Assembly: GCF_006345805.1 (NCBI RefSeq)
Contig: NC_043010.1
Coordinates: 45,570,001-45,634,000, forward strand
Length of the DNA: 64,000 nt
Reading direction: 5' to 3'
Origin: Octopus sinensis
Taxonomy: Eukaryota
The position numbers were made by a program, and so were the translations under genes. Shown in pieces: positions 12,233 through 23,860 of this stretch. The stretch's first letter is position 1. Each line of letters begins with the position of its first letter. The notes beneath the pieces were generated by a model. The model was not told the origin of the DNA. It saw only the letters and a list, made by a program, of their open reading frames with translations, and did no database searches.

Positions 12233-12730
12233 TGAACTTTAGGCCTCACAGAAGCAATGACTAGTGACTGAGACCTTTGGCGATATGCTGTGCTTGAGAA
12301 GACCCGTCAAGACACATGTAATCATAGTCATGGCTGATGCTGGTGTCACATAACTGGCACCTGTGCTGGTGGCACGTAAAAAGTACCTTTCGAGCATTGT
12401 GCCTCACAGAGGCAAAGTGGCTGATGCCAGTGGCACATTAAAAGTTCCTTTCAAGTGTTGGGCCTCATGGAGGCAATGACCAAGACATGTGGCATTATGT
12501 CGTACTTGAGAAGAAGACACATCAAGCCAAGTAAAATTTCAGTCATGGAAGATACCGGTGTCATGCATGTAGCACGTAAAAGCACCCATTACACTTTTGG
12601 AGTGGTTGGCATTATGAAGGTCATCTAGCAGTAGAAACAAACCATGCCAAATCAGAGTGGAGTCTGATGCAGCCTTCCAGCTTACCAACCCTGGTCAAAC
12701 CGTCCAGAATGGACAACAGATGCTTGATGA
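12233..12730 (+). mobile_element. Internally repetitive 3' UTR/tail of the RTE element, ending in (GAT)n
   Basis: Three to four diverged subunits (GGCACGTAAAA(A)G(C/T)ACC; GCCTCACAGA(A/G)GCAA); shared with standalone copies at 22960-23292, 34163-34357, 36180-36306 and 46121-46300. Confidence 0.8.
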
Positions 12731-12739
12731 TATATATAT

Positions 12740-13436
12740 ATATGATAATAATAAGTGCCAAAACAAATTTTTGTGTTTCAGTGTGTCACACTTTGACCCC
12801 CTCCCTCTCACTATTCAGTGACACTTCTATTCCTCTTGCTGGGGTGAGAGAAATAGTAGACAATGAGACAGTGAGGGCAGTAGTAGATTGACAGTTGAGA
12901 TGGTAATGGGGTAATAGTAATAGTATGAGCTGTAGTTGTGATAGAGGCAAAGGCAGTGGTGATGATGGTGGTGGTGATGGTGATAGCTGAGGTGGTCAAG
13001 CATGATGATGATAGTAAGGGATGTGAAAGACAGTGGTGATGGTGGTGGAGGGGAAGGCAGTGAAGTCAAAGGTGTTGATGGTGGTGGTGTCAAAAGTCTG
13101 AATAGTGTGTGTATGGCAGTTGTGGTGGTGATGGTTGAAAACAATCAACAGAAAGAGAGAGAGAAAGAAAGAGGTTAGACTGAAAAAATAATTGTACTGG
13201 CCCCGAATTGGAAGACAAAAAATGTTTATCATGAAGTTTTGTAGTAAGTTCCAAGTCAACAAATTATATCATTGTTTTGATGAAAATTGTTCATTGCTTG
13301 AAAAATATTGGTCAAGTTTAATAAAATTTACTATGTAATCAATGCATGAAGTGTCATTGTTGGGCTCAAGGCCCAATGAAGAGCCCTCCACAGGAGCTAA
13401 CTTAAAGGCCACCCTATCGGGTGGCTTTTAAGCTAG
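12740..13436 (+). mobile_element. Non-autonomous Helitron-type element with a (GGT/GAT)-rich interior
   Basis: 3' hairpin GCCACCC-TATC-GGGTGGC (13408-13425) followed by CTAG (13433-13436) and then T. The 5' boundary is approximate. Confidence 0.65.
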
Positions 13437-13481
13437 TATATATATGTGTGTGTGTGTGTGTGTGTATGTGTGTGTGTATAT

Positions 13482-13620
13482 AATGGGCTTCTTTCAGTTT
13501 CTGTCTAACAAATTCATGCACAAGGTTTTGGTCAGTTCAAGATGCCCCACTGTAGGACTGAACCCAGAACCATGAGGTTGGGAAGCAAACTTCTTACCAA
13601 GAGGCCATGTCTGCACCTAT
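13482..13620 (-). mobile_element. S1 SINE 5' part with an internal deletion
   Basis: Reverse complement of the S1 head (GGGCTTCTTTCAGTTT ... CTTACCA). Confidence 0.8.
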
Positions 13621-14590
13621 GAAAATATCAGTGCCTTGGTTTTTCTATTGGTTTGCATGATAGCATTCCATGCCTTGTTGGGAGGAAGAAATTTTCCAAA
13701 TCTGATTTTTATCTTCTGAGCTCAGGGTTGATTTTTACCTCCTGTTGAAATTAATTATCAGTTTTCAATTAATAAGTGCTGCATGTCAAGTGAATTGAAT
13801 ATGCTGTAAAATACAGTTGCATCCAGGAATTTAGTACAGCACCCATGAACAACCATTTTATGTTAAATTCCTGAAGCCGTAGTTCAAATTATTCCTTTGT
13901 AAAGCTGTGTATTTTGTAGGATATGTATTTAATAGGAAATCTATATAATATTATGAGAATCACTTTTTTTATCTAAATAATAATAAAAATTTAAAATAAG
14001 CTTCTAAGAACTGTTTGTGCCTTTATTGTTACATTTTATTATTACTATTATTATCATCATCACTGTTAATATTATCATTAAAAAAAATCTGCTATTATTA
14101 TTGTTTCTGTTGTTGTTGTAGTTAGATAATTACATGCTGAGATTTTTGTGACAAGGTAAACCTATTTACGTGTTTCCTGTGAGGTCTTTTGATAAATGTC
14201 AAACAATCTTCTCTTAGATATTTCTTCCGTTTTCATATAAATTTTATTAAATCAACCAGCAATGGTGTAATATTGAGGTTCATTAATATATATGCCACAG
14301 AGAAAAAAAATACTCTGTCAATGTTCTTGTGTGTATGTGTGAAGAGGTATATATATATTGCACAATTTGATTATTGTGTGAACTATTGATTATTCACTTA
14401 ACAAAAAGAGAATCTGGTGTGTTTTAGTTGAGTTAAAGGCAGTTTAAGAGATATATATGCCTGGATTAAATGTTTTGTTACATACATTTAGTTGACTTGC
14501 AGTTCTGTGTTCAGATATCACCAAGGATGACTTTTGATTTTTATTGATGTAAACTAGGTAAAACAGTTATCAGTATATGAGGAATGAAGT

Positions 14591-15048
14591 AAGGTAGCAA
14601 ACTGGCAGAATTGTTAGTAAGGCAGCGAGCTGGCAGAAACGTTAGCATGCTGGACAAAATGCTTACTGGTATTTCATCTGCCGTTACGTTCTGAGTTCAA
14701 ATTCTGCCGAGGTCAATTTTGCCTTTCATCCTTTCAGGATCGATAAATTAAGTATGTTACACACTGGGGTCCATGTATTTGACTTAATCCCTTTGTCTGT
14801 CCTTGTTTGTCTCCTCTATGTTTAGCCCCTTGTGGGCAATAAAGAAATAAGAATTGTTACCATGCCAGGCAAAATACTTAACAGCATTTCATCTTTCCTT
14901 ATGTTTTGAGCTCAAATTCTGCCATGGTCAACTTTGCCTTTCGTCCTTTTGGGGTTGATAAAATAAGTACCAGTCCTTGACTGGGGTCAATGTAGTCAAC
15001 TTACTTCTCCCTTGAAATTGCTGGCCTTGTGCCAATATTTGAAACCAA
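14591..15048 (+). mobile_element. Older Meta-domain-type SINE (family S2) interrupted by a younger related SINE (14617-14849)
   Basis: Meta-like core GGTCAACTTTGCCTTTC(A/G)TCCTTT..GATAAA appears twice; direct repeat AGAATTGTTA at 14607-14616 and 14850-14859. Confidence 0.85.
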
Positions 15049-15249
15049 TATATGAGGAACGAAGAGTGTCAGCTGGTTGTAACTTCTCATTCTGTATGAG
15101 ACATAAAAAGTAAGGTGATTTAAAAAAAAAGAAGAAAATTATAAGTTAGTTGAATGAGTAGTACCCTTAACATTTGGCCCTTCCAGACTAGCAGAATTGA
15201 TGTGGTTGATGTGTAGCCTGAATCTCTGCTGTTGATCAGTGTCTGTTAG

Positions 15250-15304
15250 AAAAACATAGATGGAGAGATAATTCCAGGTTACATTTCTGGAGATTACAGG
15301 CAAG
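15250..15304 (+). CDS. Candidate 55-nt exon (KNIDGEIIPGYISGDYRQ) of an unidentified gene
   Basis: ctgttag|AAAAAC...AGGCAAG|gtaatg; open frame. There is no homology support. Confidence 0.25.
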
Positions 15305-15341
15305 GTAATGTGTTTAGTTTTGGAACTGAGTGTTGAAGCAC

Positions 15342-15550
15342 TTAACATTTAAACCAGCCATATCAAGCCCAACCTGTTTTATGTTCAGACTGGCCAGATC
15401 CAGCCTCTTACACTAACCCTACAATGTCATTCTAAAAATAACAAACATCACTGAAATTTCAAAGCTATATGATGATGAATGATTAATTCAAAACCATGTG
15501 AATAAATACGTATCCTATTTGACAGAGTAGTCTGAACACTAAAGGGTGAA
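15342..15550 (-). mobile_element. piggyBac-type MITE, family P1, copy 3 (inverted, one TIR damaged)
   Basis: Reverse complement is homologous to 4637-4836; ends CTAAAGGGTGAA. Confidence 0.75.
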
Positions 15551-15654
15551 GCCCAATAAGGAAATCAGGAGAGAGAGCTGAGCAGAACATGTAGGCTCAC
15601 TAATAGTACAGGCTATTTCTTCTTTTATATAATGTCTAATTTTTATTCATTTTA

Positions 15655-16028
15655 GGTGTGACTTTGTTATAAGAAGCTTGCTTCCCAACCACATGATTCT
15701 GGGTCCTGTCTCACTGTGTGGTTTCTTGGGCAAGTGCCTTCTGCTATGGCCTCAGGTTGCCCAAAGCCTTGTCAGTAGATTTGGTCGACAGAAACTGAAA
15801 GAAGCCTGTCATATATATATGTATGTGTATGTGTGTTTCTTTGTGTCTGTGTTTGTCCTTTATCACTGCCTGACAATTAGTTTTGGTGCATTTTGGCAAA
15901 AGAGTCTAATAAAACAAGTACTAGACTTTAAAAAATAAGTCTTGGGATTGATACATTCAATTAAAACCCTTGAAGGCTGTGTCCCATCATAGCTACAGTC
16001 AAATGACTGAAACAAATAAAAGATAAAA
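15655..16028 (+). mobile_element. S1 SINE, diverged
   Basis: S1 head, CORE-like segment and tail are present. Confidence 0.85.
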
Positions 16029-18529
16029 ATATTTATAAATATCATAAGTTTCTTATACTGGCATAAGTACTTAAATGGAAAAAGCATATATTTTTAATCA
16101 ACCCTGGATACATTGACGGAAACTTGACTCAGAATGTCAAAGCATGGAATTAAATATGCTACTACTACAATAATGATGCAATGATGCCTTTTTTTTTATA
16201 TTACCCCTAAGGTTTGGATGGGAATGGGAATAAGAAATAGTAATATTCATGTCTTTCACAAAGATTAGTAAATTGAAATGGTTTTGATTAGGAATGGACT
16301 CAGTCATAAAAAATAATTTAAATAATTTAAATGTCATTAGTAAGATAATTAAAGAAAACTGGAATATGGTGCAATGTAGTAAAGTTGGTACAGTAGACAA
16401 AAACAACTGATTACTATATTACTGGTGGTTTGTTTTGCAGTTCAAATCCATTTTGGTTTCATTTTGCCTTTCATCTTTGCATATTACTTTTGATTATAAC
16501 TATTTAAAAAAAAAAAAAAAACAACTTATAAATTGTGTTACAAATATTGCTCAAAAAATGATCAGAACATTTGTTTCTGCTTAACATAGCACCTTGCTAT
16601 GTTCCTTGAGTTGTGATCATTTAAAAGCTAAATACTTCCGCTTATCTATTTGTCTGAGTGGTTAGCAGTTGAAAAAAATTCATCCAGCTAAAAGAAACTA
16701 CAATCTATATACAAATATGAAAATTTGCAAATTCGCTCCTGCCATCATAGCAGACTAAAAATAGATGTAAAATAGTAAAAAAAAACAAAAAACAAACAAA
16801 AAAAAAAAACACAAAAGTGAAAACATTTCCTCCCTTTATCTTTTTAAACTCTTTCTATGATGGCAAATTTTATAATTTAATCCATTAAATTATTTGCCTG
16901 TCTTTTCAAAAATTGCCAGTCTTGTTATTGTATTCACTTCATAATAGTAATATTTGCAAATAAGTGAAAAGAATGAACTAAAATATTAACCTCAGCTTTA
17001 GGGTTTGTTTCCTTGATACTACTTCTTTGGCAATGCTACAACCTTGGCACAAAGAATTAGACACATGTTTGACGCAAAGAATTAGAGACTTGGAGAAATG
17101 TCTGTATGTGTAAAATAAGAGCTGCATAGAATTTCTGAGGTAAACTATTATCAATTATATGAATTTTCTCTAACCCCTGAATCACATATATCTAAAATAA
17201 TGTAACAGCATATATATGAAAAATGGTACTCACGGACATTAGCAAATAGCTCATATAATGACTACAACTTGATTTCAATCAATGCTATCACTTGATTGTT
17301 CTCTTAAACATGAAGATTATACTTATAGCTTTTCAGTCCCTCTAGGGACCTATACTCTTTTGTACAGATGTGACTATGATGGGTGCCTTTTGCTGTAAGT
17401 GTATAGAGGGCTTGCTACCCACATTGACACATGCCTTCATTCCATCATGGAAATATGTTCATATATATCTGTGTATGTGTATGTATAATGTTCTCTTTTT
17501 TTATCTCTCAAAACATAGAAATATACACTCATTTATGTATATCAACAGTTGGGAAGAACATTATTGTTAACATTTGTCATTAATAGATTTGGAGAATTCT
17601 TTTAATTTAAATCTAACAAAATATCGAGTCAATATAAAATAGGAGTGTTTGGGACATGAGTATTCTTGCTGAATATGTCTTTAGCATAATATGTCACTGG
17701 TTCACATTCTTGAGCTTGGTCCTCATCAAAAGCATCTTCAAGTAACAAAGTTCTGAACAAACTGAAAGAAAACACTTTGGAAGTTCAAGAAAACCACAAT
17801 TACTTTTCATATAAAATTGGTATTAGGAAAACAAACAATAAAGTTACAACTTTAATCAGATTTTTCAAAACATACTCACATATACACACACATACACAAA
17901 TACTCATGTCTAAAAACACTTAAAAGCAAAGTGAAGTTTAATATAAACATTTTCTAATAGCCTTAGACTTAAAACATACTTTTAATTTCAAAGCACTGTG
18001 TAGCAAATATCAATATTGAATGGGTAAGTTTTTGGTTTACTCAATCCTCAATCTAATTTCAGCTCCAAATTGTAACAATTTTCCTTTGTTTAAATTTCTA
18101 AAGTCATTGGAAAGGTACAAGCATCATGACATCCATTTCCTCTCTCAAAAACTCTAAGACATTATTACATGAAATACTATAAGTAAATCCCATGTTGGAT
18201 ATAATGGCTATTTGAAAAATCAAAATACCAGTAAACCTATTCTATTCAAGTTTATACAAACTCTTGTTTGTTTAAGCATTTTACTTCCAGTTAAGTAAAA
18301 TCTGTAATATTGTTGGTCCCAAGTGGTTTTGCTTAGGATATGAATTAACAATTCTTGTATTATTTCACAGTCAAATTTTATATTTTTACTGTTAATTTTA
18401 GAGAAGTGTTCTAAATAAAATGTGTCATATCTATAAAACACTACTGTTTATCTTCATTACTATTCTATTTTTCTCTTTCTTTCGCCTCTGCTCCACTAGA
18501 CTCTCTTTCACTCTCTCTTTCCATCACAG

Positions 18530-18585
18530 GGTGTATGAAGCATTAGGTTATCTGCTCATGTTTCACAATTTCATATTCATTGCAG
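18530..18585 (+). CDS. Candidate 56-nt exon (VYEALGYLLMFHNFIFIA), hydrophobic
   Basis: Long polypyrimidine tract ctctctttcactctctctttccatcacag| and donor |gtattt; only one frame is open. Confidence 0.3.
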
Positions 18586-19916
18586 GTATTTTGTATTTGC
18601 TACACCTCAATTCATCCAGTTATTGGGAATACAAAACAGCCCTATAAGAAAACTTATGTGTGATTGACTAACATCTCATTCAGGAACATAAATGAACAAT
18701 AAAGGAAGAGATTAAAATTTTCTCTCTTACATTAAAAAGTTCCTCAGTTCCTTCAAAATGAATGTAAATTAAGTTAGTACAATTCTTGTTATATCATGCA
18801 TTTCGCAACAGGCTGACAGATGCAGGCCTGTGTGGTACTGTGTTATACAGGAAGTTAAGAGTTAATTATTCTTTCATCACTTGGCTTTCTACATCTTTGC
18901 TAACACTATAGCCACATCATCTGAACTTGACTCATCCATGAAAGCACTTTTACTTACATTAAAAGAATAACTTACTGCATAGAAACTTAATAGCAAAGTG
19001 GGTGCCAGTATACATGACATAATAAACCAAGACATTTTTATTAATTAAAATTATGGCTTTAGTGATCTGAAGAAATCTTTATCTGACTAATACTGGTTAA
19101 AAAAAAAACAGGTGGATAATCTTGGAATTTTAATTCATCAAACTTTATTAAATATCCATTGCTGTAGGAAATAATCTTTAACTGTGCAGTGACACTACCA
19201 GTCATGTTTCACCTGTATTAGACCTTATCAGCAAAACATATTTAAACTACCAGGTTAAATTCATTTACTTAAAATTTCTTGGCTTACTACATCAAATATG
19301 CAGTGGCCAAATTTTCATATAGTAAGCACTCTTAAGTATTCATGAATATCTATAAGATTCTAAGAGCACCTTTATCAAAGAATATTGAAATATTATATAG
19401 TAGATTCTCTACACTTTCCCATTTCAACTCTGTTTAAACACATTTTGCATGTAAAACTATATGTATATAAAGTGTATGTGTGTGCATACATGCACTCTGA
19501 GATGACAAAACTTTCTTTAGATGTGAACTTCCTGAGCCATCAGTGGATTCTCTTTGCTGACCTTCTAGAAATAGTGTATCACACCTAACCATTTTGAAAA
19601 TAATAATAACAACAAATTATAACTTTTGCAGAAGTGCTTGTTATCAACTTTACAGTAAGGTAAACAGATATTACTCAGAGTAAAGGCTGATCGTGAAATG
19701 TCAACTTATTTACTTCATACTACAATTTTACTACAATACAGTTAGTAATTAAGTACTAGTTGTATGAAAGTTTTTGGATTTTAATCCAGTTATCTCATTC
19801 TTTGTCTACTTCTGGCTTGCTTGGAGAATCCATGTTGTGATTTTTTCCCGCAAAGCAGGGATGTGAATTAGCATTATAAGTAATAATGGCTTAATAACAG
19901 TATAAGTAATAATAAG

Positions 19917-19977
19917 CATTGTAGCCGTTGATTACATTGTAGTTGTTAGATTACATAGTCGTCGTTAGATTACATAT
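19917..19977. repeat. Short minisatellite, 18-19 bp unit, about 3.5 copies
   Basis: cattgtagccgttgatta / cattgtagttgttagatta / catagtcgtcgttagatta / cata. Confidence 0.8.
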
Positions 19978-21729
19978 TTATTCATTTCCATGTGAGATAC
20001 TTCAAATTTGTTATCATAAATCATCTTTTGCCAAGTTCCAACCAGTTCAACTCTGCTACGAACTAATTTTCTTTCTATTCTTATTGTAAGTAGAGCAATA
20101 AAGAGTGCTACAACAATGTAAAATTATAAATTTACAGCTCTTCAACAGTGAAGCTCTACTCTTATCCAGATAAATAGTCTAACTTTTATATAGTTACATG
20201 ATAGATGTGATAGCTGTTGGAAGAAGCTATCTTGCAGCAGAAGTACTTGAAAGTTTCTTTTTTATACATTTTTCATCATAATTTGCAGTTATGTTATCAG
20301 AACTACATACACATATGAGAGTTAATTCCTAAGTTTAACCTGAACGAATAGCACAAATGATATTATATATAATACATTGTGAAAGGAAATTGCATCAGTT
20401 ATATATTAAAAGCTCTAATATATAAATGGTACTCACTCTTGTCATTAACAGATAAATAATTATTTCTAAACTGTCTTTGTAGTTACATTATAAGAAATGC
20501 CTAATTTATTTATGAACAAATTACTGAAGGAAAATATTTCTCCTCAACTGTTGTTGGTAATTTGTTTTTTTTCTTTTCATTTCTACTAACATTGGCCTTG
20601 TGCCTAAGAAAAGATTATTTTGCTGTTTTGTTTATATATATATATTTGTTATATTTGTTCAAAATATACCATATTAAGAATGTTTGTAGAATTAGTCATA
20701 GTCTCAAAGACATAATATATTATTTCCATTTTTCTAATTCCTTTGATTATAATTCTGGAAAAGATTTATTATCAAAGAACTGCAAATTATGTAAGAATTA
20801 ATTTTTGGAATATAAATTTATTTGGATAAGTTTTTATCACTGTCCAGCTAAAAATTTTGAAAAGTTGTTCATTAATTGATTGCTTTATTTGATTCATATT
20901 TCGTTATACTTGTTTATCATATTTTGGGGATGTGGTGTGGAGAGACATCAAAGTGGTAGCAAGTGTGAGGCTTCAACCTTTTTGTTTTTACTTTTGTTGT
21001 TGCTAAAGAATGATGAAAAATTGAATAAGGACATCTCTGATGTAACAAGAAAAATTCAGACTATTGCTGTAAAGTTTAGTTTAGATGCTTAGCCATGTAA
21101 ATATTTATAAGTTTCTACAATTATTTGTTTTGTTACTTCACATTTCTTCTATAACCCTTCTCAGACAGGTAGAGAGAATGGAATGTCTACATACATTAAT
21201 ACTGGTGGTAGAAGTTATTTTGTGTCCAAATATGACCACTTCCTGGAGAGTTTTAAATTTAAAAGAGAACCAGAGAAAACAGCTGCCTGTCTCAAATGCC
21301 ATTGAATAGTTCCATAATTAGGTCCCTTCTGTTTCCTGGGATAGCATTGATCACCTGTTAATGGTTCCACTCAGTCACTCTAAGTGGTACCAACTCTTCC
21401 AGCTGGTCAATGAGGTGGAAATGAGGTGACCAATATTTCAAACTCCCAACACTTCCAGCTGGTCAAACCTGTCCGTTCCACTACTCCCTATCATTCATAC
21501 ATATGTACATAGATGTATGCATGTAAATATATATATAACATCCACATATACATACATAGATTTGTAATCATATTTCTGCTACTACTCATTATATGAAAAC
21601 ATGCTGTTGTTATAAAAGCATCAACCTCTTTACTGTAAAGAAGATGACAATTTTATTGATTATCACAGCTAACTCACTTGTTTCAATGTTTGTTTCCTTT
21701 TCTTCTTTTACTCAATCCCAGTTTTTTTT

Positions 21730-22900
21730 TTCCATATTGGTATGAGTTGGATGGGTCTACTTTACAACACATTGCCATTTTTAATGCTTCAGTTTCGTCT
21801 TGTTTCTTAGACCTCACACACATCTTTGTATATGGTTACGGCACATCTTCATTGCTTTCTTGATCTTCCTCTGCCATAAAATACTTCTGTTTTCAAAACA
21901 GAACACCTTTTTTGTAAGTAAGATTCATTAAGTAACCATAAGAATGCAATGACCCTTTGTTTACATATTCCTGAAAGTTTTAAATTCCTATGAGCTTTTG
22001 TCTGCCTTTCATGGAGTTAGCATTGGATATCCCACAGATTACACTCAACTAATTTTTCTCTAATCTCCTTATGCATTAAGGGCTGTAGCTCAAGTACCAT
22101 GTGACATCATACTTGTACATGCTACATGCCTGCTATTTTTATTTGGAGAGAGAAATCTTTGTTTCCAACAGAACTAGCATCTCTGTGAATTTCTTTAATT
22201 CTTTAGCAGCTATAGTGTTGTGCCTCTTGCTTCAGCTTGCCCTTCCAATATTTTCCATTTCACTTTGTAGGTGACTGTTAACAATAAGAAAGAGATCCAA
22301 CTGTAAACACAAGGAGATCCATCTGTAATTTATTCCATCAATATGCAAATGTTCAAATTCTCCTATCAAATCATATGTGAATTTGTCGTCCATTTTTTGT
22401 GATTTTCAACTACAATGTTTTAAAAGTTTTCCTGTTTGAGCATTATAACTTATCCTGATAAATCACAGTAGCTATTTTCTCCTAACAACAGCATAACGCT
22501 TTGTAACCGTATAACTGTAGCACTATTGATTAATGCATGCATTATATTTTGACTTCTAACACTCTTAACTATAAAGTGACTTGAGATCTCCTGTAACCAA
22601 TCTGCATTTTCTATCAATAAACACTTCCCTCATATTCCTATTTCATTAAAGAAAGACTTATATGAAAGCTCAGCTCCCTTGCTTATTGTCATTGCAACCT
22701 TCTGTAGTAAATTTTCTATCCTACCATGCTATGTTGATTTCCTGCTATACATTTTCTTTTGATATGCAATGTCATTATACTTCTTATTAATATCATTTTC
22801 TTTGAAGATTCAGGGCTCCAAAATCGTTTATTATCAAAGTTTCTATAACTAGAACTCTCTTACAAAGAGAAAGTACTTGGCAACAGTCAACCCTTTATTT
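21730..22900 (-). mobile_element. Highly decayed RTE-clade LINE 3' region
   Basis: Minus strand reads KKFTEMLVLLETKISL..ACTSMMSHGT (~22210-22080) and GRGRSRKQ (~21875-21852). These align by eye to the WAKFRELL..ACVRTAMLHSSETW segment at 11870-12000 and to the RTE GRP/GRS-RKxW motif. The left boundary in coding orientation is approximate. Confidence 0.6.
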
Positions 22901-22959
22901 CATAGGTTGCCTTACATATTTTGAATGGAGGAAGATAATGTTGGAAATAGTTGATTGTG

Positions 22960-23292
22960 GCCGATGTCAGAGTCACATAACTGGCACATAAAAAGCACCC
23001 TTCAAACATTGGGGCTCATGGGAGCAGTAACAAGTGACCAAGACCTTTGGCGATATGCTGTGCTTGAGAAGACCTGTCAAATCAAGTGAGATTGTAGTTG
23101 TTGCTGATGTGAGTGTTACGTAACAAACACCCTCTACACTCTTGGGAGTGGTTGGCATTAGAAAGAGCATTCAGTTGTAGAAACCATGCCAAATCAGACT
23201 GGAACCTGGTGCAGCTTCCCAGCTTAGCAGTTTTCAGTCAAACTGTACAACCCAGGCCAGCATGGAAAACAGATGTTAATTGATGATGACTT
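22960..23292 (+). mobile_element. Non-autonomous RTE-tailed element (same sequence as the 12233-12730 tail)
   Basis: GACCTTTGGCGATATGCTGTGCTTGAGAAGACC is shared with 12271-12303; ends CCAGCATGGAAAACAGATGTTAATTGATGATG. Confidence 0.85.
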
Positions 23293-23293
23293 C

Positions 23294-23428
23294 ATCATTT
23301 AACATTTGCTTTCCATGCTGGCATGGGTTGGACGGTTTGACTGAGGACTGGCAAGCCAGGAAGCTGTACAAGGCTCCAATCTAATCTGGCAAGCTTTCTA
23401 CAACTGGATGTCCTTCCTAACACCATTA
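23294..23428 (-). mobile_element. Second RTE-tail fragment, tail-to-tail with the preceding copy
   Basis: Reverse complement aligns to 23150-23290. Confidence 0.85.
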
Positions 23429-23490
23429 ATTAATCTAGTTTGTGTGCAATGTGTATTTGTTACTACTTGCAGATTCTTGCATTCATTCAG

Positions 23491-23656
23491 ATAAGTGGCT
23501 GTGTGGAAAGAAGCTTTCTTGCCAACTATGTGGTTCCTGATTCTGATCCACTGCTTGAGACCTTGGGCAAGTGTCTTCTATTACAGCCTCAGGTCAACCA
23601 AAGCCTTGCCAGTGGATTTGGTTGATGGAAACTGAAAGAAGTCCATTCTATATGCA

Positions 23657-23692
<36 letters not shown>

Positions 23693-23860
23693 TCTTTGAT
23701 CCACACCACTGATTAACAACTGGTGTTGGTGTATTTACATCCCCTTAGTGGTTCAGCAAAAGAGACTGATAGAATAAGTTCCAGTCTTTAAAAAAAAATG
23801 TATTGGGGTCAACTAGCATGGGCATAATCTAATGACTGTAACAAGTAAGTGATAAAAGAT
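23491..23860 (+). mobile_element. S1 SINE, diverged, with a central (TG)n tract
   Basis: S1 head, CORE-like segment and tail are present. Confidence 0.8.

Noticed and set aside
12811-13262. His/Thr/Pro-rich minus-strand ORFs
   Set aside because: They are translations of the (GGT/GAT)-rich interior of the Helitron-type repeat.
20080-20310. bZIP-like reading on the minus strand (EKCIKKKLSSTSAAR)
   Set aside because: There are multiple stops, no leucine heptads and no splice support.
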